From Methanopyrus kandleri AV19 (lineage in GTDB: Archaea > JAADCQ01 > Methanopyri > Methanopyrales > Methanopyraceae): DNA of 32,000 nucleotides. The translations under genes were made by a program, and so were the position numbers. The stretch spans positions 1,230,001-1,262,000 of the forward strand of contig NC_003551.1 in assembly GCF_000007185.1 (NCBI RefSeq). The letters run 5' to 3'. Below are positions 15,681-25,169 of this stretch, piece by piece; the first letter of the stretch is position 1; the number at the start of each line of letters is the position of its first letter. The notes beneath the pieces were generated by a model. It ran no database searches. It saw nothing but the letters and a program-made list of their open reading frames with translations, and was not told the DNA's origin.

Positions 15681-18527
15681 TCATCCGCCCAGCAACCTCC
15701 GCCTCTGCTTCACCTCCCTCATCTTCTTCAGGACGAGGGCGGCGTACTTCAGCTCCGGGTAACGCTCGTCGAGTTCTCCCTCGTCCTCGACCTCCTCGAG
15801 CCTGTACTCCCTGAGCCTGGCCAGGGCCCGGGCGATGGGTTCGAACAGCTCCTCGTGCTCGAAGGCCACCTCTAGGGCGGTCCTCATGTCGAGTTCGTCT
15901 CCCTCGCGCGTGAGCGCGGTGAGTACCGCGTGGAGCGCGTCCACCTGGTTGTTCACGCGGCCCGGTTTCCTGGACTCGAAGTCGTCCAGGATGGCGACGG
16001 TCCCCCTGTCCCTGGTCGACGATACCCTGACTAGCTTGCCCTTGGCGTCGGGTCGCCTCCGGTACTCGTACTTGTTCAGCGGGAAGTCCGTGGCGTGGGC
16101 GAGCATGAGCACGTCCTCGTAGTCGGGAGCCTCGCTGGGCTCCTTCGGGTACCCCCAGAAGAACCGGTACAGGAAGTAGAACCTACCCGCCTCGTCGAGG
16201 TCCTCGAAGCCGGGGGTCTCGCCGATCGTCTCCTCGAACTGGTCGGCGATGGCCTCGGGCACGGCCCGGTAAGCCTCCTCCATGACCTCCTCGGGCGAGA
16301 CCTCGACCTCCTCGTCGCCCCTCGACCTGAGGACCTTATCGTACCGCGTGTACGGGCGTAGGGCGGCGCCGCGGGCCACGACCAGGCGCTCGGCGTCGGA
16401 GAACACGAGGTCGGCGGCCCTCCTGAACGCCTCCCGAACGTTCCGGCGGACCTCGTCCCTCACGCGACGCCACGTGGTCACCTCGCTCCCCGAGCGCGGG
16501 CGGCACGCGATGATCTGGGTCGTGCCCACGGCCGCCTTCCAACGCTGGTGGAGCGAGTGTTCAGACTCCGTTCTCACTGGCCATACTTCCGTGATCTCGA
16601 ACCCCGCGTCCCGCAGGGCTCGGACCAGCGAGGTCCAGGCCTCCGTGGCCTTGTGCGTGAACATTAGGGTTAATCGTCCGTGCTCGGGGAGGACTTCCCT
16701 GCAGGCTTCGAGGAATTCTCGAAGTCCTCGCTCGTACTCCCGCTCGGGGTCGTCGTGCCGGGTTCTGTTGGCGACGATCTCCTCGTCCTTGGGCGTCAGC
16801 TCGTTCGAAAACGCGCGTTGGAACTCCATGGCACTCTCCGGCGAGGATCTCGATATGGTGACGAGGAACGTCGGGTGTCCGAACAGGCGTTTCAACCATA
16901 CGTAGAAGAAGTCGGCGAGTTCCGCGTACTGAACGTTGTCGTAGTAAGGTGGGTCGACGACGATCGCGTCGACGCTTTCCACGCCTAGGTTCCTTAGGTG
17001 CTGAGGTAGGGCTCTAGCGTCTCCTAGGATCACCTCAACATCTCCATCAACGCCTGACAGTGCTTGAGAGATCTGTCTGAACGCTTTGAGTACATTCGGT
17101 GCGGCCCAGTACCAGCCACCGTCCTCCGCGAGCACGTTCATCTCGCCGTAGTCCCAAGCCCACGAGTACGCGTGCTGGTCGAAGATGCCTTTGACAACTC
17201 CGCGAGTGTACTCCCATCGCGAGCAGATCGTGTTGTAGTTGATCATCTTGTCGAAGGCTATCATCGCGTAGACGGTGAGCGGCTCGCGGTACTCGTCGTC
17301 TAAACCCCCGCTCAACTCCCGGATCACGCGGAGTAACTCCGCGTGCACGAGCAACTGTCTCTCGTTGAACAGCTTGTAGAAGCTGTCGATCCCGCGAAGC
17401 CTGGGCTCCCTAGTCTTCTCACCCTCCGGAATTTCCTCGGTCGGGATGAGGTCCTCGGCGACCAGCTCGTCCCACCGCTCGAACAACTCCTCCCGCGCCC
17501 GCTCGAAGAACTCCAGATCCCGATCGGTGGCGGCGCGGTACTCCTTCCCCCTACCCGAGCCCTCCACGATCGCGGCCAGGTAGGCGCGGACGAACCCGTG
17601 CTCGTCCTCGAAGTGCCTGCGGGAAAGCCGGTGCACTTGTTCCCGTTGGATCGTCGTTCCGCACCGCGGGCAGGTCACCGCCCCTCGACTAACGGTACCC
17701 CGGCCCGGGTCGAACCCATCTTCCCGAGCTTCGGAGTACCTAACTACGTCGAACCCGACTTCGTTACCCTCACCCTCTTCGGGCACGTCCGGTAAGATGA
17801 CCAGCGACTCCTCCGGCTTACCCCGCTTCCTCAACAACCACCAGTTCGGGCGGGTAGGTACCTTCAACCCGCACCTCGGGCACTCGATCCACTTGATCCA
17901 AACGTAGGCGCGATCGTTATCACCGTAGAACTCGCCCACGCGCTGCTCGAGCTCTTTGCGGATCTCCGCGAAGAACCCGCGCATCTTCTCGAGGAGTTCG
18001 CCCCCGTACTCGACCGGGTACTCGAGCGTGGCCTTGAGCACGAGCCACGCGACCGGGTTCAGCTCGCCTGCGACCACCCGACAACCGAGCCTCAACGCCT
18101 CGAACGGGATCGACCCACCACCCGCCATCGGATCCACGACCAACGGTCTCTCGGAACCCGTGGCCTCTCGGTACATACGTCGAAGGGTCACGCCGTGACC
18201 CTCATCTCGAGCATCACCCGGAATGAACTGTCGCAGATCCGCGCCCTTGCTCGACGTGTCGGCGTGGGAACCCGTCACGGGAGTGTACTTCCAGGAGGCC
18301 TGATCCTCCCCAACGTGAAGGATCTCTAGGAGTTCATCCTCATCGGCATCAACTGGGACCAAGGTGGTGAGCACGGCAGCCCTGGACGCTGACAGCGGCC
18401 GCCTCGCCCACCACACGTGAATGTACTGCAGTGGTGGTCTACCCGTGATCGGCATCTCCCTAGCCACCTCGTCCGTAACGTCCCTGGCGGGGAACCGTTC
18501 GTCGATCTTCCTGTCCCGAGTGGGCAC
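15681..18527 (-). CDS. DUF1156-type, Zn-ribbon-containing adenine-specific DNA methyltransferase
   Basis: N-terminus MPTRDRKIDERFPARDVTDEVAREMPITGRPPLQYIHVWWARRPLSASRAAVL is typical of DUF1156. Motif I region VVDPMAGGGSIPFEALRLGC, catalytic VVDPPYYDNVQYAELADFFYVWLKR, and Cys pairs CPRCGLK and CPRCGTT. Confidence 0.85.
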   Translation of the reverse strand: MPTRDRKIDERFPARDVTDEVAREMPITGRPPLQYIHVWWARRPLSASRAAVLTTLVPVDADEDELLEILHVGEDQASWKYTPVTGSHADTSSKGADLRQFIPGDARDEGHGVTLRRMYREATGSERPLVVDPMAGGGSIPFEALRLGCRVVAGELNPVAWLVLKATLEYPVEYGGELLEKMRGFFAEIRKELEQRVGEFYGDNDRAYVWIKWIECPRCGLKVPTRPNWWLLRKRGKPEESLVILPDVPEEGEGNEVGFDVVRYSEAREDGFDPGRGTVSRGAVTCPRCGTTIQREQVHRLSRRHFEDEHGFVRAYLAAIVEGSGRGKEYRAATDRDLEFFERAREELFERWDELVAEDLIPTEEIPEGEKTREPRLRGIDSFYKLFNERQLLVHAELLRVIRELSGGLDDEYREPLTVYAMIAFDKMINYNTICSRWEYTRGVVKGIFDQHAYSWAWDYGEMNVLAEDGGWYWAAPNVLKAFRQISQALSGVDGDVEVILGDARALPQHLRNLGVESVDAIVVDPPYYDNVQYAELADFFYVWLKRLFGHPTFLVTISRSSPESAMEFQRAFSNELTPKDEEIVANRTRHDDPEREYERGLREFLEACREVLPEHGRLTLMFTHKATEAWTSLVRALRDAGFEITEVWPVRTESEHSLHQRWKAAVGTTQIIACRPRSGSEVTTWRRVRDEVRRNVREAFRRAADLVFSDAERLVVARGAALRPYTRYDKVLRSRGDEEVEVSPEEVMEEAYRAVPEAIADQFEETIGETPGFEDLDEAGRFYFLYRFFWGYPKEPSEAPDYEDVLMLAHATDFPLNKYEYRRRPDAKGKLVRVSSTRDRGTVAILDDFESRKPGRVNNQVDALHAVLTALTREGDELDMRTALEVAFEHEELFEPIARALARLREYRLEEVEDEGELDERYPELKYAALVLKKMREVKQRRRLLGG

Positions 18528-18592
18528 GCGCCCTCCCCTCCGACTCCCTTTTTACGTAGCGTCCAATCCACAACTTACCTCGGGGTTAAGTC

Positions 18593-20761
18593 TTGAGCGG
18601 CGGGGACCTCCCCTCGGTCTTCGACGTCTTCGAGCCGACGGAGCACGCGATCAACAGGAACAAGAACGTCCTGAGCGTGGAACTATCACACGTGGAACGG
18701 GAGGGTACCCCCGAGTCCGACCCCGAGAAGTTCCTGGCGCTGACCGTCCCGACCGAGGGGCTAGTGAACACCGTCGTGAGCGCGTTGAAACGCGTGGCCG
18801 GACTGGAAGGAGGCGAGCCCGTCCAGTACATGACGGAACGCTACGGCGGCGGCAAAACCCACGTCCTCGTCACCCTCTACCACCTGGCGACGAGCGAGAG
18901 GGCTAGGGAACTCCTCCTGGAGAGGGCCCGAGGTTACGTGGACGAGCGGCGACTGGAGGAGTTGGAGGAAGTCCTGTCGGCCCTCGAGGGGAAGGACGTG
19001 CGGGTCGTCGTGTTGGACGGCGATTCCGTGAGCGAGCCCAGGTGGTGGGTGGAACTGGCCGAACGGGTCGACCCGGAGCTCGCGGAGGAGTGGCGTTCTC
19101 GGGACATGACCCCCTCGAAGGGCGACGTCGAGGAGCTCCTGGATCGCGCGCTGGACGGGGTGGACGGCGTTCTCCTGTTGTTGGACGAGGTGACTGGAAT
19201 GTTGATCCGGTCGGGCGAGGAGATGGACCGTGGTCTCGAGTTCTTGAAGATCCTGGCGAGGGTGGTGGGTAAGGCGGACGCTCCCGTGGCGATGGTGGTC
19301 TCGGCGCCGAAGGGTAGTGGCGAGGTACAGCGGCAGTTGGAACGGTTGAAGGAGGAGGGCGAGGTCGAGTCCGAGGCGGTGTTGCGCGAGGAGGTGCACG
19401 ACGTCGGGGAGGAGGCGGTCGAGCAGCTGGACCGCGTGGGAGAGGAGAGGATCCCCGTGAGCGACGTGGAAGAGGCCGCGGAGATCGCCAAGGTATGGCT
19501 CCTACGCCCGAGGGAGGACGTCGACGTGGAGGAGGCGCGGGAAGCGGTCGTCGAGGCGTACGAGGAGTTGACCTCCGAGCTCGCGGGCACGGAAGGCATC
19601 CCGCGAGACGAAGCGGCGAACGCGGTGAGGCGGTTGCGCGAGACGTACCCGTTCCACCCCAGGCTCTTGGAAGTCCTGAGGAGCGTCACGAGGGAGGAGC
19701 CCTACCAGCTGACGCGTAGCTACCTGGAGATCCTCATGCAGGTCGTCGGGTACGCGTTCGATAGGTGGAAGGAGGGCGAGTGGGAGGCTCCGGTGTTCGA
19801 CCTCGGGGACGTGTTCCTGGACGAGACGGAGGTCGAGGAGGCCGTGGTGAAGCCCGAGGGTTGGGAGGAGCCGGCGGGCGACCTCAGGGAGAAGCTGGAC
19901 GACCTGGTGGAGAAGGAGGGCGAGTTGGCGCGCCGCCTCGCGTACGCCCTGTTCGTGCGCAGTCTCGTCCCGGACTCCAGGAAGAGAGGTGCGACGCCGA
20001 AGGACCTCCTGTTGGACGTGGCCAGGCCCGGGGAGGGCGTGGAACTGTCCGACGTGGAGAGGGCGCTCGAACCCATGGAGGACACGCTCTTCTACCTGCA
20101 CAGGGAGGGGGAGCGGTACTACTTCGACAGGACCATGAACGTCTCTTCCGTGATCCAGTCCTACATGCCGAGGGAGGAGCGGGTCGGTTGGAACCGGGCC
20201 AGGGAGGAACTGGAGAGGGAGCTGAGGAGTATCGGGGGCCTGGGACGGGACGCGCTGGTCCTGTGGGAGGACGAGGAGGAACTGTTGAACAAGCTTCGAG
20301 AACCCAAGCCACGCGTCGTCGTACTACCACCGTGGGAGGGTGAGGAGCGGGCCGAGGAGCTCTGGGAGAAGGCCGAGATGGAGAACGCCCCAGTCTTCCT
20401 GGTCTTCCAGGACAAAGGGCGCGAGAGGCGGCTCCTGAACGCCGCCCTGAGGTTATCGGCCGTCGAGAGGGCGCTGAGGTCCGACGACAAGCTCGCCCGG
20501 GAGCACGGGAAGGAGCTCAGGAGGAAGGAGGAGGAGTACCGGAACAGGGTGCGGAAGCTCCTCCGCGAGGGTTACACGATCCTGCGGTACCCTTCCGAGG
20601 GCGGGTTGGCGAGGGAGATGTTCAGTGTCGAGGAGGGGAGGAGTCTGGGGAGTGCTCTCGGGGAGAAGTTGGAGGAGATCGGGTTCCTCGAGCCGGGTGA
20701 AGAACCCGGGGATGTTCGTGTCGGAGGGGTTGGTGGAGAAGCGCGTGGAGATGATGCCTAA
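18593..20761 (+). CDS. DUF499-type P-loop ATPase, N-terminal and central part
   Basis: LSVELSHVEREG, Walker A-like ERYGGGKTHVLVTLYHLA, Walker B-like VDGVLLLLDEVTGM, and YPFHPRLLEVLRS...PYQLTRSYLEIL. Divergent from the methylase gene across a 65-bp gap. Confidence 0.75.
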   Translation: MSGGDLPSVFDVFEPTEHAINRNKNVLSVELSHVEREGTPESDPEKFLALTVPTEGLVNTVVSALKRVAGLEGGEPVQYMTERYGGGKTHVLVTLYHLATSERARELLLERARGYVDERRLEELEEVLSALEGKDVRVVVLDGDSVSEPRWWVELAERVDPELAEEWRSRDMTPSKGDVEELLDRALDGVDGVLLLLDEVTGMLIRSGEEMDRGLEFLKILARVVGKADAPVAMVVSAPKGSGEVQRQLERLKEEGEVESEAVLREEVHDVGEEAVEQLDRVGEERIPVSDVEEAAEIAKVWLLRPREDVDVEEAREAVVEAYEELTSELAGTEGIPRDEAANAVRRLRETYPFHPRLLEVLRSVTREEPYQLTRSYLEILMQVVGYAFDRWKEGEWEAPVFDLGDVFLDETEVEEAVVKPEGWEEPAGDLREKLDDLVEKEGELARRLAYALFVRSLVPDSRKRGATPKDLLLDVARPGEGVELSDVERALEPMEDTLFYLHREGERYYFDRTMNVSSVIQSYMPREERVGWNRAREELERELRSIGGLGRDALVLWEDEEELLNKLREPKPRVVVLPPWEGEERAEELWEKAEMENAPVFLVFQDKGRERRLLNAALRLSAVERALRSDDKLAREHGKELRRKEEEYRNRVRKLLREGYTILRYPSEGGLAREMFSVEEGRSLGSALGEKLEEIGFLEPGEEPGDVRVGGVGGEARGDDA

Positions 20762-22061
20762 GGAGGTCCTGAAGAACGCGTACTCCAAGCCCGGGTGCCC
20801 GTGGTGTCGGGAAGAGGACGTGATCGCGATGATCGTCAAGGGGTGCGAGGAGGGCTTCTTCGTGGTGGACACGGGTAAGGCACGGTTCTTCCTGAGGCGA
20901 CCGAAGGGCGTGGACTCCAAGGCGAGGTTCGGGCATCCGACGGTACTGCACCCTCCGGTGGGATGGACGGCGGACTTCATGGGGGCTGACGAGACCGTCA
21001 AGGACTTCCTGGACGACGTGATGAAAAGGTTGGAGGAACCGAGGAACACGAACTGGAGCGAGGAGGAGAGGTGGCTCTCGGACGACGAACTGCTCGAGTT
21101 GGTGAGAGAGGACCTCCCTCAGGGGTTGGATAGGGCCGGGTTGGTGCTCCGGCATCAGGACGAGGGAGGGATCGTCGGGCCCGGGGATCTGGAGGAGGAC
21201 AAGGATCTCCTGGAGGCCGTCCTGGAGGAGCCGAACGCTTGGGTCTTCGAGGAGTTGAAGGTGACGAGGCTGGTGTCGGACGAGGTGCGTCGGGAGGGTA
21301 GTATCGCGAGGAGGGAACTGGTCCGGCGGTTGTCGCAGAGGTTCGGGCTGGAGGAGAGTCGGGTGAACGGTGCCATCAGCCGGTTGGTGCAAGACGGTGA
21401 GTTGGAGGAGGACGGTGGGATCGTGAGCGTGCCGTCCGAGGCGGAGGTGACTGTGGACGACGTCGTGGGCGTTGTGGAGAAGAAGGGTGAGGCCACGCTG
21501 GACGTGCTCGCGAGCAGGCTCGGGGTTAACCCGGCGTTCGTGGAGCCCGCGGTCGTGGAGGGTGTGAAACGCGGTCGCCTGGTCGTGTACCGCGGTGATC
21601 GACCGTTACGGGACCTGGAGTCGGTGAGTGAGGGTGTGCGGGTCGGACTGCCGGAGGAGCGGGTCGAGGTCGGGTACGCGGGAGATCCGGTGGATTTCGC
21701 GAGGGAGGTCGCGGACGCGGTGTTGATCGTGGGAGGGCGTGCTCGGGTGCAGCTCGAACTGGAGAGTGTGAAGGGCCTGGACTACGTCGATACCGAGTAC
21801 CTGGCCAGGTTTGAGGAGGTCCGGGTGAGGATCGAGGTGGAGGGTGGCGTGCTGGAAGGTGAGAAGAAGGGGGTCAGTCCGCGGAACGACGGGTGGTGGA
21901 TCGCGGTCAGGCTGGCCGCGGGCCAAGCGAGCGGCGCGGAACTCCACCTCACCGGCCGATTCGACCGGGACTCACTGACCGACTTCGAAGAATCCGTCAG
22001 AGAGCTCGCGGATGCCCTGGACCCTGAAGAAGCGCATGCCGTAGTGGAGAAGGTCGATTGA
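20712..22061 (+). CDS. C-terminal continuation of the DUF499-type protein in a +1 frame, or a separate overlapping gene starting at ATG 20712; includes winged-helix-like repeats
   Basis: The frame is open from 20625, and homologous-looking sequence starts at MFVSEGLVEKRVEMMPKEVLKNAYSKPGC. Two HTH-like units: RELVRRLSQRFGLEESRVNGAISRLVQDGEL and ATLDVLASRLGVNPAFVEPAVVEGVKRGRL. Confidence 0.65.
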   Translation: MFVSEGLVEKRVEMMPKEVLKNAYSKPGCPWCREEDVIAMIVKGCEEGFFVVDTGKARFFLRRPKGVDSKARFGHPTVLHPPVGWTADFMGADETVKDFLDDVMKRLEEPRNTNWSEEERWLSDDELLELVREDLPQGLDRAGLVLRHQDEGGIVGPGDLEEDKDLLEAVLEEPNAWVFEELKVTRLVSDEVRREGSIARRELVRRLSQRFGLEESRVNGAISRLVQDGELEEDGGIVSVPSEAEVTVDDVVGVVEKKGEATLDVLASRLGVNPAFVEPAVVEGVKRGRLVVYRGDRPLRDLESVSEGVRVGLPEERVEVGYAGDPVDFAREVADAVLIVGGRARVQLELESVKGLDYVDTEYLARFEEVRVRIEVEGGVLEGEKKGVSPRNDGWWIAVRLAAGQASGAELHLTGRFDRDSLTDFEESVRELADALDPEEAHAVVEKVD

Positions 22062-22504
22062 GACGGTGAGCGAGGACTACGGGTCGGAACTACCATCCTC
22101 TTCGTCACCATCTCTACTTATCCTGAAGCTTACGGATTCCCTGACCGATTAATCCAAGTGCTAGACCTTCTAGTTAACCACTCTCAAGCCTTTATTCATA
22201 AGTATAAGTATATGAACTATCTCTGTCATTTTGATTCAAGTCAGAACAAGCGGTAATAGAGTTATCTTCCCCACATTCACTTCAGTTTTCTCACCTAAGT
22301 TCAACATCTTCATGTAGGTGATCAATATCTCCTTAACTGTTACAACTTCGCCATTTAGGGTTAACATAAAGCTTCTTTCGTACCTACTTAGCCAACATTA
22401 TTTCTTAGAAATAGGCAGAATATGGAAGGTTCAAAATATAACAGTTTCATACCATTAATCTTTATATATGACACATATGATACTCTTAGATGGGGTGAAT
22501 ATCC

Positions 22505-22828
22505 ATGTTCATTCTCGAATTTGGGGTTGAATATAGCTTAGGATCACCGACTATTCGATATGTATGCAGAGTCTACTACTCACCAACATTCAGCATCCAA
22601 CCTACATTCCAATTCGCGACAGAGTACTTTAGTAATACTTCGTTACTGCACCTTTTACTGACTATAGAAACTATCTCAAAACTTAGCAGTATCGAAAGTA
22701 AACTATACCACATCGAAAGTAAACTAAGCTTCCGGAATACTTTACTACAGAATGTAATCTCGAACTGGCTTTCACCGATACTGCCACCAATTCCCGAAGT
22801 GATCAAGATACTACTAGGTAGTTGGTGA
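22505..22828 (+). CDS. Small AT-rich orphan protein (107 aa)
   Basis: ATG start with ggggtga at 22492-22498 and tttatata at 22461-22468. Internal repeated peptide IESKLYHIESKLS and a hydrophobic C-terminus. Confidence 0.45.
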   Translation: MFILEFGVEYSLGSPTIRYVCRVYYSPTFSIQPTFQFATEYFSNTSLLHLLLTIETISKLSSIESKLYHIESKLSFRNTLLQNVISNWLSPILPPIPEVIKILLGSW

Positions 22829-23094
22829 TCACACGGTGTCAAACTTCCATCCACTACCGTCTTTTATGAGTCCAGGGACGTAGTCCCACCCGGACTAGTT
22901 TTTCACTCACTTCCCTCTTTCTCCTCACCTCACGGTCCGATATCTCAGGTGCTAGCGGTAGGGAGTGGAGAAATTGAACATCAGCTTCCGGCCCATGTTG
23001 GGCAGTTCCGGCTGTAAGATTTCCGTCCGATTAGTACGTAGAACACGTTCGAATACGTTCCACTTAGGATAGACACAACGCCCTCAATGGATGG

Positions 23095-23589
23095 GTGGAG
23101 TTTGGCATCAAGGTAACTACGCCGCCCGTCCCACCCCCGGAGTCCGACGGGAGGGCCGAGACCCTCGAGGAGGGTAACTGGTCGTACGAGACGCGCACGT
23201 ACTACGTCCGCCTCCGGGACGACCGACTGGGAACCGAGGTGGGGAAGGGCTCCGCCGAGTACGCCGTGCACGCGCTCACCCACGCCCTCAGGGTCACCGA
23301 GGGTTACCCGCCCGCCCACGTCCGGCACGCCGTCGACGAGGAATCGATCTTCCTCTACGAGCTACCGGCGGCTGTCCTCCCCCACCTGGACTGGGAGTCC
23401 GCGGTCCGGGAGGCCGAGCGCACGCGCCTGGAGCCCGAGCGGCTCCGGCTCCCGACCTGTCCGTGGCCGAGGGGCTCACCGAGGGTCTCCCGACCCCTCG
23501 TCCGCCGCTACCTTCGGCGGTTGCTAGACCTCCTAAAGCGACTCTCCCTGCACGTGCATGGCGCGGTTACCGAACCCTCAAAGCACTAA
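23095..23589 (+). CDS. Uncharacterised protein (164 aa)
   Basis: Coherent GC-rich coding sequence: YETRTYYVRLRDDRLGTEVGKGSAEYAVHALTHALRVTEGYPPAHVRHAVDEESIFLYELP. GTG start. Confidence 0.5.
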   Translation: MEFGIKVTTPPVPPPESDGRAETLEEGNWSYETRTYYVRLRDDRLGTEVGKGSAEYAVHALTHALRVTEGYPPAHVRHAVDEESIFLYELPAAVLPHLDWESAVREAERTRLEPERLRLPTCPWPRGSPRVSRPLVRRYLRRLLDLLKRLSLHVHGAVTEPSKH

Positions 23590-23684
23590 CAGCCAACACA
23601 ACAGACCTAAGCTATTGCTAAACCACCAAACTATCCCACTAAGTTGCGCCCGTGTGATAATTCATCAGATTTGACAACCTAAAG

Positions 23685-23725
23685 GAAATTCTCGAAATTT
23701 CTAGCAACCCTACCGAAAGTTGCTA
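23685..23725. promoter_or_regulatory. Two adjacent inverted repeats overlapping the promoter of the winged-helix gene
   Basis: GAAATT-ctcga-AATTTC (23685-23701) and TAGCAAC-n10-GTTGCTA (23702-23725). The second runs into TATA-like taatatat. Confidence 0.45.
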
Positions 23726-23761
23726 ATATATCTCCCTCCTTTAGTAGGAAGAGGGCTGAGA

Positions 23762-24154
23762 ATGCTCGAGGAACGCGAGCTTGAGGAGCTTGCTAAAGCT
23801 CTGAAACGGGGAGAACTGGACAAAACCGGCGCCGTGCTCGGCTTGCTCTATCTAGCGTACGTTGAGACAGGCGGACATGGAGGCATGACAGCTGACGATG
23901 TAGTACGAGTTTTACAGGAATCAGGATACGACATAACTAAAGAGAGATTCTACTCGCTCGCCTCCCAGTTGATGAAGAAAGGCTACATAGAATCTCACAA
24001 AATCAATGGACGTAGGGTTATCTACACGATCAACAGCGACAGTGAGTACGAGGTGGAACAGAAACTACGCGAGAGACTCGAGAAATCCGCCCCGACGGCT
24101 GAGCGTGTAAGCGCAGAGGAGATGCGGAGAATACTGGATAGGCACTCGACTTGA
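23762..24154 (+). CDS. Winged-helix DNA-binding protein
   Basis: TADDVVRVLQESGYDITKERFYSLASQLMKKGYIESHKINGRRVIYTI is a typical wHTH with recognition helix and wing. ATG 23762 follows gaggg; the ORF track start at 23720 is probably too far upstream. Confidence 0.65.
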   Translation: MLEERELEELAKALKRGELDKTGAVLGLLYLAYVETGGHGGMTADDVVRVLQESGYDITKERFYSLASQLMKKGYIESHKINGRRVIYTINSDSEYEVEQKLRERLEKSAPTAERVSAEEMRRILDRHST

Positions 24155-24243
24155 GGGAAAGCGCGGCCCCGTGTGGGACGGTGGTTTAATTTTCTCGGCC
24201 CTCATGGTACCAATTAGGAGAAGTTGTTGGGGATTGTCTTGTT

Positions 24244-25155
24244 TTGGCTAAGGTCAGTAAGGTGTTCGTGGTCGGGTTCACGGCCAGGAAGGGAGGTACC
24301 GGGAAGACGACCTGCTCGTTCAACGTAGGGTTCGAGTTCGCCAGGAGGAGGAAGTGGAAGGGTGTGAAGAGCCATCCGGTGTTCTTCGTGGACGTCGATC
24401 CGCAGGCGATCGGTAAGGAGTCGGAGCGGGCGGCCACTACGCTTACCGACCTCTTCAGGATCGGGCCTTTCGACCTAACACCCCTCAAACTAGAGGGCGA
24501 CAGGATGGTCGAGGCCAGACGCGTCACGAAGGAGACCGTCGAGAGGACCGGTGGTTTCGAGTTGTTCCACGTGAAATACTCGCCGGATCCCGAGGAGTTC
24601 GACAATGCAGATCCTATGTGCTCGGTTCACGATAAGGTGTTCCTAGCTCACCTCAGCACGCACATCTCGGAGTCGCCGGGTATGATGGATTTCGGGAAGT
24701 TCCTGAACGCCATCACGGGGGCCGGGTTCGACGGTATCGTCGTCCTCGACACCCCTCCGCTGAACGTCAGGACGACCTTCGTCCTCAACGCGCTGGAACA
24801 CTGTGATTTAGTGGTTCCAGTCCTGAACCCGGAGTCCTACGATCAGATCCCCGACTTCATCAGGCGACACCCTGTGCGGTTCATCGTGCTCAACCAGATG
24901 CTGAAGGGTAGGACGAAGGAGGCGGAGAAGATCCGCAGGGAGATCGAGGGTTACCTCAAGAGGACGACGTTGGACGAGGACGACGTCATCTGGATCCCTA
25001 GCAACGACCAGCTCCGCTCGTGCACGAACACCGGGGTTCCGGCTAGGTGTAGGAACCCCAAGCCCCAGGCCGTCACGCCCAAGTTCCATCACATAGCCTG
25101 GAGGATTGAAGTGGAGCGGGAGCGGCGGAGCAAGATCAGCGAGATCAGGCTCTGA
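24244..25155 (+). CDS. ParA/MinD/Soj-like deviant-Walker ATPase
   Basis: VVGFTARKGGTGKTTCSFNVGFEFA (deviant Walker A), VFFVDVDPQ, FDGIVVLDTPPLNVRTTFVLNALEHCDLVVPVLNPESYDQI, FIVLNQM. Confidence 0.85.
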   Translation: MAKVSKVFVVGFTARKGGTGKTTCSFNVGFEFARRRKWKGVKSHPVFFVDVDPQAIGKESERAATTLTDLFRIGPFDLTPLKLEGDRMVEARRVTKETVERTGGFELFHVKYSPDPEEFDNADPMCSVHDKVFLAHLSTHISESPGMMDFGKFLNAITGAGFDGIVVLDTPPLNVRTTFVLNALEHCDLVVPVLNPESYDQIPDFIRRHPVRFIVLNQMLKGRTKEAEKIRREIEGYLKRTTLDEDDVIWIPSNDQLRSCTNTGVPARCRNPKPQAVTPKFHHIAWRIEVERERRSKISEIRL

Positions 25156-25169
25156 GCGGGGGAGCGCCG

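Noticed and set aside
16282-16905. 207-aa plus-strand ORF inside the methylase gene
   Set aside because: Antisense to well-conserved methylase motifs (DPPYYDN); sequence is Ser/Arg-rich noise.
20622-21392. 256-aa minus-strand ORF opposite the DUF499 C-terminal region
   Set aside because: His/Pro/Leu-rich antisense translation typical of GC3-biased shadow frames; no motif.
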